A stretch of 14,559 bases of DNA, from the NCBI GenBank assembly GCA_039794845.1, contig JAUQVK010000068.1, positions 1 to 14,559 of the forward strand, read 5' to 3'. Numbering within the stretch: position 1 is the first letter of the stretch; every line of letters starts with the position of its first letter. Source of the stretch: Thermostichus sp. DRC_bins_24. Lineage in GTDB: Bacteria; Cyanobacteriota; Cyanobacteriia; Thermostichales; Thermostichaceae. Below, piece after piece: positions 7,145-14,559 of this stretch. The position numbers were made by a program, and so were the translations under genes. Below the pieces are notes generated by a model. It saw only the letters and a list, made by a program, of their open reading frames with translations. It ran no database searches and had not been told where the DNA came from.

Positions 7145-8266
7145 ATGGCCAGTGTCACTTACGAGCATGTAACGAAGCGATACGGAGACACCACCGCCGT
7201 GCACGATCTCAATATCGCCATCGAAGACGGGGAGTTTCTGGTCTTCGTCGGGCCCTCCGGTTGTGGCAAAACCACTTCCTTACGCATGTTGGCCGGACTG
7301 GAAGAAATCAGCGCTGGATCCATCTACATTGGCGACCGGGTGGTGAACGAAGTCCCCCCCAAGGATCGGGATATCGCCATGGTTTTCCAGTCCTACGCCC
7401 TTTACCCCCACATGAGCGTGGCGGAGAATATGGCCTTCGGTCTGAAGTTGCGCGGCCTACCCAAGGTGGAGATCGAAAATCGCGTTAAGGGGGTGGCCAA
7501 ACGATTGGGCATTGAGCATCTCTTGAACCGCAAACCCAAGGAACTTTCAGGTGGGCAACGGCAACGGGTGGCGGTCGGTCGGGCCATTGTGCGCAATCCC
7601 GCCGTGTTTTTGATGGATGAGCCCCTTTCCAACCTTGATGCCAAGCTGCGGGTGCAGGCACGGGCCGAGATCAGCAAATTGCATATGCAACTGGGAACCA
7701 CCTTCATCTACGTCACCCACGACCAAGTGGAAGCCATGACCATGGGCAGCCGCATCGCTGTGATGAAGGATGGCCGCCTGCAGCAGATCGATACCCCCCA
7801 CACCCTCTACACCCACCCCACCAATATGTTTGTGGCCGGGTTTATCGGTAGCCCCTCCATGAATTTCTTTGAAGCGAAGCTGATCGAACAAGAGGGCACC
7901 CTGCTGATAGATACCGGGGCCTTCCGCGTCGCCATTCCCCCCCACAAAGCGGATCCCTATCGGCAGTACGTTGGCAAAGCCGTGATCTTCGGCATTCGCC
8001 CAGAAAACATTCACGATCCCCAGTACCAACCTCAAGGGATCCAACCCGCCTCCGTCCGGGCCAAAGTCTCCGTCACCGAACTGATGGGCAATGAGGTGAT
8101 CCTCTACCTAAGCACCAGCGACAAAGAAGGGATCCTGGCGGAGCAAGAGTTTGTCGCCCGTGTGGATCCCCGTACCGCCATTCATGTCAATCAATGGGCC
8201 GAGGTGATCTTCGACATGGATCGCTTTCATCTGTTTGACAAAGAAAGCGAACAGCGGCTGGGGTAG
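7145..8266 (+). CDS. Carbohydrate ABC transporter ATP-binding protein (MalK/MsmX/UgpC family)
   Basis: It has Walker A GPSGCGKT, signature LSGGQRQR, Walker B FLMDEPLSNLD, H-loop VTHDQ, FVAGFIGSP and a C-terminal TOBE-like region. AGGAG lies just before ATG 7145. Confidence 0.95.
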   Translation: MASVTYEHVTKRYGDTTAVHDLNIAIEDGEFLVFVGPSGCGKTTSLRMLAGLEEISAGSIYIGDRVVNEVPPKDRDIAMVFQSYALYPHMSVAENMAFGLKLRGLPKVEIENRVKGVAKRLGIEHLLNRKPKELSGGQRQRVAVGRAIVRNPAVFLMDEPLSNLDAKLRVQARAEISKLHMQLGTTFIYVTHDQVEAMTMGSRIAVMKDGRLQQIDTPHTLYTHPTNMFVAGFIGSPSMNFFEAKLIEQEGTLLIDTGAFRVAIPPHKADPYRQYVGKAVIFGIRPENIHDPQYQPQGIQPASVRAKVSVTELMGNEVILYLSTSDKEGILAEQEFVARVDPRTAIHVNQWAEVIFDMDRFHLFDKESEQRLG

Positions 8267-8335
8267 GCGCTCATCTTCCCCCGGCTCAGCTCCTCAGGAT
8301 CCGTTACCATAGCCCCCAGAGAAATAGGGATCCCT

Positions 8336-9604
8336 ATGCCCGAGCAATCTATTCCCAGTCTGGTTCAGGCTCAGTTTGACGAATTCCCCTATCCCAACGT
8401 CCCAATCGAGCAGACGGTTACTGACAACTCCGCCCTCTTTGCCAACAGCATCACCACCGCCCGCTACCGACGGGATCGCAAGGTGGTCAAACCCGAGGGC
8501 AAAGTCATGCTCAATGCGGGCTGTGGCTCCGGCTGGGAAACCCTGGTGCTGGCCACCGCCAACCCAGGCGCCTACTTTGTTGGGGTGGATATTTCCGCTG
8601 AGTCGGTCAAAATGGCCGAGCAACGCTTCCGGTTTCACCAGATTGATCAGGCCCGCTTTCAGGTGATGGACATCACCGATATGACGGCTCTTGGCGAGCG
8701 CTTCGATTTCATCGCCTGCAATGATGTGCTCTACCTGCTAGACGACCAAGTGGCAGGGCTAAAAGGGATGCGCCAGGTGCTCAAACCCGATGGCATCATC
8801 CGCACCAACGTCCATAGCCTTTACCAGCGGCAATTTATTTTCCACATGCAAGATGCCATGGAACTGCTGGGGGTGATGGATGAGCCTGCTGCCAAAGCCG
8901 TGCCCATCCTCCGAGAACTGATGGATGCCCTGAACGACGGTAGCTTTGTCAAAAGCCACTGGAATGGTGATGCCATCAAAACCACCACCGGCATTTTGGC
9001 CAACTTCCTCCTGCGCAGTGACAAAGGCTTTACCATCCCGCAGGTGTTTCACATGTTGCGCCAAGCGGAGCTGGAGTTCATCAGCATGGTGAACTGGCAA
9101 ACCTGGAAATTGGAGCGGGTGCTCAACAAGCCGGTACCCTATGCTATGCGTCACATCAAAAAGCTCAGCCAAGAAGAACAACTGCATTTTATCGAGCTGA
9201 TTTTCCCCAACATGACCCGCCTCATTGACTTCTGGTGCGGACACCCCAGCCCAACTCCCCCCGAACCGTTTACCCAAGAGGAATGGTGGCAGGGCAGCGT
9301 TATGGGGCATCCTCTGTTGGTCAGGCTCAATGCCAAGCTGGCCTTTGAAAATGCCATCCGCGATAATGGCCCCGTCAACATCAACGGCTGGCCCGGCGCC
9401 GAAGGCAACATCAGCGTGGATCCCTTCTCGGTGCGCTGGTTGATTGATGTGTTTGGAGAAAAGCCTGTTCCGGTGCAAGCCCTGGTTGCCAAAGCGATGG
9501 AGCTGATGGACTGGACGCAAGAAGAAGCCTTCGGTCAGGTCTTGGCCAACCTCAAGTTTTTGGAAGAGCGCCTCGTTTTGTTGCTCAACTCCCCCTTTCG
9601 ATAG
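8336..9604 (+). CDS. Class I SAM-dependent methyltransferase
   Basis: It has QFDEFPYP, a motif I variant MLNAGCGSG, VGVDIS, FDFIACNDVLYLL and VLKPDGII. Confidence 0.88.
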   Translation: MPEQSIPSLVQAQFDEFPYPNVPIEQTVTDNSALFANSITTARYRRDRKVVKPEGKVMLNAGCGSGWETLVLATANPGAYFVGVDISAESVKMAEQRFRFHQIDQARFQVMDITDMTALGERFDFIACNDVLYLLDDQVAGLKGMRQVLKPDGIIRTNVHSLYQRQFIFHMQDAMELLGVMDEPAAKAVPILRELMDALNDGSFVKSHWNGDAIKTTTGILANFLLRSDKGFTIPQVFHMLRQAELEFISMVNWQTWKLERVLNKPVPYAMRHIKKLSQEEQLHFIELIFPNMTRLIDFWCGHPSPTPPEPFTQEEWWQGSVMGHPLLVRLNAKLAFENAIRDNGPVNINGWPGAEGNISVDPFSVRWLIDVFGEKPVPVQALVAKAMELMDWTQEEAFGQVLANLKFLEERLVLLLNSPFR

Positions 9605-9823
9605 ACAGAAGGCGATTCCATTTCGGCCAAGATCCCTCTAGACCTTACAGCCCCTTACGCTAAAGGCACGCTCACACACAACTGTAGCAGTCGAGACCTC
9701 CGGTTGCTCAGAAAGCGCAAGCCCCACTCTGGAAAACCCACGCAAGAGCTGTATTCTCGATTCATGGCTTACGACAATGTCTGCAAATACCTGGTGGAGC
9801 TTTTCCCCGAACAGTTTGCCCGT

Positions 9824-9847
9824 CGCGGTAGCGTTGCGGAGCAATAA
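9824..9847. mobile_element. 24-nt micro-insertion resembling cyanobacterial short dispersed repeats (SDR)
   Basis: CGCGGTAGCGTTGCGGAGCAATAA splits the family motif FAxWLL and contains the mini-hairpin TTGC-GGA-GCAA (9834-9844). The boundaries are inferred from the protein motif. Confidence 0.5.
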
Positions 9848-10381
9848 TGGTTGCTGGGATCCCCTCTGCCTCTGGCTCAATTGGATCCAACCGAGCTGTC
9901 GGCGGAGCCTATCCGAGCCGATTCAGTGATATTACTCAGCAGCTTTGAGCAGATTTTACATCTAGAGTTTCAGACGGATCCGGATCCCCAGTTGCCCTTT
10001 CGGATGGCGGATTATCGTCTGCGTCTTTATCGCAAATATCCCCAGCGAAGGGTACAACAGATTGTGATTTATCTGCGCCCAACTGGATCGGCATGGGTGT
10101 TTGAGACGGAGTTTCGAGCGGATGAACTGAGGCACCGATTTGGGGTGCTGCGCCTGTGGGAACAGGATCCCGCCTCTTTATCGGCTTTACCGGGTCTTTT
10201 GCCCTTTGTGATGCTGACCCACGTGGATCAAGCCCCCGAGATCACCCTCAGACAGGTGGCTGACCAACTTCAGCAGATAGGGGATCCCCAGCTCAAAGGG
10301 GATCTGAAAGCATCAACAGCAGTCTTGGCGGGGCTAGTATTGGACAAAGAGGTAATCAGGCAAATCTTGGAGGAGATCGAT

Positions 10382-10666
10382 ATGCGGGAATCGGTAATCT
10401 ATCAAGAGTGGCGAGCGGAAGCTCTCAAAGAAGGGCGTCAGGAAGGACTGCAACAGGGACTGCAACAAGGACTGCAACAAGGAGAGCTACAACTCACCCT
10501 GCGCCAGCTCCGCCGCAAGTTTGGATCCCTGTCCTCTGAAGTTGAATCTCAGATCTGCGCTTTGCCCCTTCAAAACCTAGAAGCTCTGGCGGAAGCCTTG
10601 CTGGACTTTACTTGCCAATCAGATTTGCAAGCTTGGTTAGATGATGAGGGATCTCGGATCCCTTAG
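10382..10666 (+). CDS. Predicted internally initiated small Rpn C-terminal protein (RpnS-like, DUF4351), 94 aa
   Basis: GGAGGAG at 10369-10375 lies 6 nt upstream of in-frame ATG 10382. The product is MRESVIYQEW...EGRQEGLQQG...RQLRRKFG...LEALAEALLDF...WL. Confidence 0.6.
   Translation: MRESVIYQEWRAEALKEGRQEGLQQGLQQGLQQGELQLTLRQLRRKFGSLSSEVESQICALPLQNLEALAEALLDFTCQSDLQAWLDDEGSRIP
10445..10483 (+). repeat. 12-bp tandem repeat, 3 copies, encoding GLQQ
   Basis: The sequence reads GGACTGCAACAG GGACTGCAACAA GGACTGCAACAA GGA. Confidence 0.9.
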
Positions 10667-10759
10667 TTTTCTCTTATTCTTCTTCAGATTAAGAAAATAG
10701 GTAATAGCCTGGCTCTGCAACCTGTCAACTCTTCAACACATCCTAGAGCCTTGTCTCAG

Positions 10760-11605
10760 TCATTGACCGCCCTCATTTGTAATGACAGTAATGCGCTCGG
10801 CCCTAATCGCCGCAGGGATCCGCCCTTCAGCATCCGCAACAATGGCAAATCGAACCGTCCCTTCCATCTCCACGGTTTCTCCGGGCCGCAGTTCCGTCCA
10901 GCGAATCGGCTCACCCCCACGGGTAATCTCAGCATCCTCCGCAGGAACCACTGAGACCCAACTATCTGCATAGCGCTCCAGGCTGGGGCTTACCTCCTCC
11001 AGATTCACCCCAATCCACTCCTCAGTGCGATTCAGAAGCCGCACCGTTCCCGTTAGCGTAAAAGGCTGACCTTCCTCTGCCAACTGAATGGGATCCTCAA
11101 GCACCGTTCGATTCAAGGGGCGCAGACGGGCCAGTTCCACACGCCAACCCTCGGCCCTGCGATACAAGGTAATATCCATGGCAGAGCGGAACCGACCATC
11201 CCCCAGAGGCTCATAAAAAGCCAATTGAGACCGCAAAGGGCGAAAACGCGGATCCTCACGATCAGGATCCGTTAAGAAAGCCTGCAACTCTTCTGCCGTC
11301 AACTGAAACCCAAAGGTGGGAACCAGTGCCTCCAGAGACAAAACCGAGTCCACCCGGTACACAGCCGTATTCCCAACTTCCTGAATCCGAGTCAGGGTAG
11401 AGCGCTCTGCTGAAGCCCAAGATCGATCCAAGGCACCCGGAGGGATCCCTCGCAGTAGTCTTGGGGTAAGCAATGCCTCAGCAGTGGCAAAGTCTCGGGC
11501 GTTGGCTGCCTCCACAAACTCTTGCAAAGTCTGTTCAGCCGTTTTGACCTGCCAGCAGCCGCTCAGGGGCAGTAGGGCCAGAACCAGAAAGAACCACAGT
11601 TTCAC
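10760..11605 (-). CDS. Putative lipoprotein: NTF2-like N-domain plus beta-rich C-domain, 281 aa
   Basis: The start is GTG, with signal peptide MKLWFFLVLALLP and lipobox LSGC. It is paralogous to 11676-12308. The fold assignments are inference. Confidence 0.8.
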   Translation of the reverse strand: MKLWFFLVLALLPLSGCWQVKTAEQTLQEFVEAANARDFATAEALLTPRLLRGIPPGALDRSWASAERSTLTRIQEVGNTAVYRVDSVLSLEALVPTFGFQLTAEELQAFLTDPDREDPRFRPLRSQLAFYEPLGDGRFRSAMDITLYRRAEGWRVELARLRPLNRTVLEDPIQLAEEGQPFTLTGTVRLLNRTEEWIGVNLEEVSPSLERYADSWVSVVPAEDAEITRGGEPIRWTELRPGETVEMEGTVRFAIVADAEGRIPAAIRAERITVITNEGGQ

Positions 11606-11675
11606 ATCAACACCATCCCGGAAACAATTGCAGCGCCGAAGTCCGAGCCATCCACGGACTATAGATGACTATCGA

Positions 11676-12308
11676 CTATGGATTTTCTGGAGATTGCTCA
11701 GTTTCGGGCGAAGAGAAGTCTGTGTCTCCCGAGTTCTGCAGTTCGGATCCCTGGGGATCCAGCTGAAGTTGTGGAGCGGTGTCTTGGGAAGAAGCACCCC
11801 CTTCTGGAGCATCCGGTTGCCACACCTCGATCCGCCAGCCCGCATCTTGCCGATACAGGGTAATTTTGATGCGGGAAGTAACGGTATCTCCCTCCAGGCG
11901 CATCCCCACCAGCTGTGGGGCCAACTGTTGGTAGCTGGGATCCGAAAAATCCGGCTCAGTCAGGTAGCTGCGCAAAGTGAGAGGATCCAAGCCCAAACGC
12001 TGCCCGATATCCTCCAGTGAACCCGTCCCTTCCACCCAAACGTAGGCCGTGTTTCCGATGACCTCTTGGTTGCGCAGCTGAACATTTTCCCCCACCAAGC
12101 CCCAAATCGAGGGCAGGGAACCGGGCCGCAGGGCATTGCTGAAGCGCTCTGTCAAGAAGCTATCCGCAGTCCCCCAGTCTCCCTTATCGGTGGCAGCGAT
12201 GAAGGTACTGACAACTTGATCGGGTGCTTGCACGGGCGCCGCCTGGGTACAGGCGATCCCTCCGCACAGGGCGACGACAGCAATCCAGACAGGGAAACGA
12301 CGCAACAT
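11676..12308 (-). CDS. Putative lipoprotein, paralog of the downstream gene, with an acidic low-complexity tail (210 aa)
   Basis: ATG 12308 gives a signal and lipobox-like start MLRRFPVWIAVVALCGGIAC. It shares EVxGNTA, LTxPDxxDP and ITLYRxxxGWRxE with 10760-11605. Confidence 0.8.
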   Translation of the reverse strand: MLRRFPVWIAVVALCGGIACTQAAPVQAPDQVVSTFIAATDKGDWGTADSFLTERFSNALRPGSLPSIWGLVGENVQLRNQEVIGNTAYVWVEGTGSLEDIGQRLGLDPLTLRSYLTEPDFSDPSYQQLAPQLVGMRLEGDTVTSRIKITLYRQDAGWRIEVWQPDAPEGGASSQDTAPQLQLDPQGSELQNSGDTDFSSPETEQSPENP

Positions 12309-12469
12309 GAATGCACCCAAGAACAAACAACACTGCCTCCTCACCCTACCAAACTTTTATGACAAGTTTGGAACAGATGTCGAGCAAAGAAACCGACCCT
12401 ATCCTGCCATGGCAGAAATGAACCAGAATAATAGGCTACTCTAGTCTGAGTAAAAACAATGCAATCGAG

Positions 12470-13954
12470 TTGGAGCTTAGGGTGTCTGGCAGACTGGCAT
12501 CAGATTGGAACGAACTTGGCCTATCAGAATCTGAAAGAGCTAGCAATGCTCTAACAGCTAAGGAGCGCAGGTCAGCCTGGGCTGCAGCTCTCTATTACTG
12601 GAATCAAGGCCTTGACACTGATCCCCTACATTTACCCTGCTTGCTAAATCGACTACATGCTCTGAAGGTTCTCGGAAATTCCTTTTCTGTGATGGAAGAA
12701 GCTGGGGTCTTGCTCACTCAGATGCAAGCCAACAAGGAGTCTTGGCAAAAACTCTCTCCCCCCAACACACCCGGCTGGGGGTTGGCCTGGAGACCCCCGC
12801 AGTTCCCATTCGTGAGTCGGCCTTTGGTTCTTAACCCTCACCTGTCACCTTGGGAGCAATATCTTCACTTTCTCGCACGTTGGATGGCTGCACATAGTGG
12901 CGTCAGCTTCCGACCTGAATCAACTCCTTTCTGGCGTCTCGCCCTGACTATCGATCCGGAAGATATTGAAGCCCAAGTTATTATAGGCCTCTACTTAGCA
13001 AAGCAAGCTCAAGTTGAAGGAGCCTTTTTACTGCACAAAATCCAAAAAGCTGTCGAAGATTCACATCTGCACTGGGCTGAATCCTGCGCCAACCTAGCTA
13101 AGGAACATCTCACTTCAGTTCTCAATGGCAAACCTCCAGTTTTGCCAGGTACGCAAAGTCATGAGAATCAAGGAATTAAAGCACTTTACGAGGATGATAG
13201 TATCATCCTCATCAGCCCCAGCTTAAACTCAATATCCACTCAGGTCATACTATCTTCAGGGCATTGGTTCGAGCCAGAAATAGATTTTTGTCGAAGGTAC
13301 TTAAGATTAGGAATGTCAATGCTAGATATAGGAGCTAGTATTGGCAGCTACACCATCTTAGCAGCGAAACAAGTAGGGGAAGAGGGTTCCGTCTTCGCTT
13401 TCGAGCCCTCGATCACCTGTGCATCCCTATTAGAAAAAAGCATTGAGTTGAATAGAATGTCTGGATATGTTAAAGCCGCAACAAAAGCAGTCGGTAGTCA
13501 AACAGGAAAAGTTTATCTCATCCTTAACGAAGATGATATCTTTAACCGAACAGTTTCCGACCTATATGGCGTTACCAGTCCAACTCAGCAAGTTGACCAA
13601 GTTACATTGGACGAATGGTGGCTCTCTAATCAAGAACCTAACATAGACTTAGTGAAAATAGATATTGGAGGCGATGCTCTAACGGTTTTGAAGGGCGCAC
13701 AACACCTTTTGAGCCATACTTCTCCTGTTCTGATTATGGAGGCAAATGGTGGACGAGGCTCTCTCTCTGAACAAGCAAGTGAATACTTGCGAGAGAGAGG
13801 CTATAGTGTTTTCTACTATAGCTATTACTTAAAAGAACTACTTCCAGCACAGAAATTTGTTGAGTCCTTATCTGCACTCAATGTTATTGCAGTTGCATCA
13901 GAGCGATATCAGGAGCTAGTAGAGCTGGGTCTCTTAGATCCCGATATCTTGTAA
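12470..13954 (+). CDS. FkbM-family methyltransferase with a TPR-like N-terminal region (start uncertain)
   Basis: It has MLDIGASIGSYT, VFAFEPS, TLDEW, IDLVKIDIGG and VLKGA...PVLIME. The N-terminal AALYYWNQGLDTDP and LALTIDPEDIEA are TPR-like. Confidence 0.85.
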   Translation: MELRVSGRLASDWNELGLSESERASNALTAKERRSAWAAALYYWNQGLDTDPLHLPCLLNRLHALKVLGNSFSVMEEAGVLLTQMQANKESWQKLSPPNTPGWGLAWRPPQFPFVSRPLVLNPHLSPWEQYLHFLARWMAAHSGVSFRPESTPFWRLALTIDPEDIEAQVIIGLYLAKQAQVEGAFLLHKIQKAVEDSHLHWAESCANLAKEHLTSVLNGKPPVLPGTQSHENQGIKALYEDDSIILISPSLNSISTQVILSSGHWFEPEIDFCRRYLRLGMSMLDIGASIGSYTILAAKQVGEEGSVFAFEPSITCASLLEKSIELNRMSGYVKAATKAVGSQTGKVYLILNEDDIFNRTVSDLYGVTSPTQQVDQVTLDEWWLSNQEPNIDLVKIDIGGDALTVLKGAQHLLSHTSPVLIMEANGGRGSLSEQASEYLRERGYSVFYYSYYLKELLPAQKFVESLSALNVIAVASERYQELVELGLLDPDIL

Positions 13955-13983
13955 AATTGCTTGGTAAAGATGAGGAATGCATA

Positions 13984-14559
13984 ATGATTGTAATCGATGG
14001 ATTGGCTTGGCAGTCAAGTGCAAAGGTGCCGCCTATAATAGGCCAAACTTGGCTTAAACTGGTCGAACAGTGGGTTACGGATGGAAAAGCACAAGATTTC
14101 GCTATCCTTGTTCGTGGAGAAGAAATGCCTCCACTTCCAAAAGATGCTTTTTTCTCATACATACCAGCATATAAGTACGAAGAGGCAGAGGAGGATCGGT
14201 TCGGCCTGCAGAGTGCTTGTGATCAACTCGATGCCAAATTATTCGTTTCGACACACTACACTGTTGCCTTAAAAACGCCGAGTATTGCTGCGGTTTACGA
14301 TCTCCAAGCCGAGAAACTTGAGAGAAACGATTTAGTAGCTCAAGAGAAAAAGCTTTCGATTCTTACTTCAGTTGCTTGCTTGTGTTTTTCCGACTGGGTT
14401 TTGAGGGATCTTAAAAGCTACTATCCTGGAATACCGAGCGATATGACACGTGTAGTCTATCCGGGAATCCATTCAGACCTGAGAATGATCTCTCCTCTGC
14501 CATTAAAAAAGTTTCGTCAAGAGCATGGTCTAGAAAGACCCTACGTTATTTTTAGAGCA
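13984..14559 (+). CDS. Glycosyltransferase family 4 (GT-B), N-terminal part, runs off the window end; not in the ORF track
   Basis: GAGGA precedes ATG 13984 and the frame is open to the end: MIVIDGLAWQ...WLKLVEQW...LFVSTHYT...TPSIAAVYDLQAE...EKKLSI...SDWVLRDL...VVYPGI...RPYVIF. This matches cyanobacterial GT4 N-domains as I recall them. Confidence 0.8.
   Translation, partial: MIVIDGLAWQSSAKVPPIIGQTWLKLVEQWVTDGKAQDFAILVRGEEMPPLPKDAFFSYIPAYKYEEAEEDRFGLQSACDQLDAKLFVSTHYTVALKTPSIAAVYDLQAEKLERNDLVAQEKKLSILTSVACLCFSDWVLRDLKSYYPGIPSDMTRVVYPGIHSDLRMISPLPLKKFRQEHGLERPYVIFRA

Larger units (their letters stand above)
9764..10666 (+). pseudogene. Rpn-family PD-(D/E)xK nuclease / DUF4351 gene interrupted by a 24-nt insertion carrying an in-frame stop
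   Basis: ATG 9764 gives MAYDNVCKYLVELFPEQFAR[RGSVAEQ*]WLLGSPL...EPIRADS...ILHLEFQT...RMADYRLRL in one frame. The TAA is at 9845-9847. The ORF track shows only the part from 9851. Confidence 0.8.
428..11449. repeat. Highly iterated palindrome GGGATCCC (lineage-specific HIP1 replacement), dispersed copies
   Basis: Perfect copies start at 428, 779, 1339, 2862, 3124, 3347, 3449, 5696, 6527, 8327, 9856, 10281 and 11442, and there are many 7/8 matches. Fewer than one copy is expected by chance in 14.5 kb. Confidence 0.9.

Noticed and set aside
8510..8533. Asn instead of Asp in methyltransferase motif I (LNAGCGSG) as a sign of inactivation
   Set aside because: The glycine loop and the acidic residue after beta-2 (VDIS) are intact, so this substitution alone is not evidence of lost function.
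10445..10483. Tandem repeats considered as a possible CRISPR array (also 1308-1339)
   Set aside because: There are no spacers, the units are too short, and the window has no cas genes.
14081..14272. ORFs 14081..14272(+) and 13884..14162(-)
   Set aside because: They are out of frame or antisense to the GT4 gene that starts at 13984.

Overview
This window is from a thermophilic Synechococcus/Thermostichus-type cyanobacterial chromosome. The evidence is psbX and ftrC, at least 13 GGGATCCC palindromes counted by eye, and no GCGATCGC (HIP1) noticed. From left to right it holds: a densely structured ~270-nt non-coding region directly followed by a probable 6S RNA; psbX (absent from the ORF track); ftrC; a universal stress protein; a short HmpF-N-like coiled-coil protein; an unannotated DUF2887/Rpn-like pseudogene fragment; DUF4404; SIMPL; a receiver plus degenerate-GGDEF protein with an intact RxxD I-site; a 2-TM protein with a His-less DHp-like helix; aroE; an orphan MalK/MsmX ATPase; a SAM methyltransferase; an Rpn/DUF4351 gene; two paralogous lipoproteins; and the start of an AT-richer, GGATCC-free island (FkbM methyltransferase plus GT4 glycosyltransferase). 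The best leads are three. (1) The unrecognised structured RNA candidate at 63-335 abuts the 6S RNA. (2) In the Rpn gene, a 24-nt micro-insertion with a stop codon disrupts the long nuclease form, while an internal RBS+ATG for the small C-terminal form remains. (3) The REC-pseudoGGDEF protein looks like a c-di-GMP effector. All family assignments come from motif recall and manual pairing; no database searches were run.
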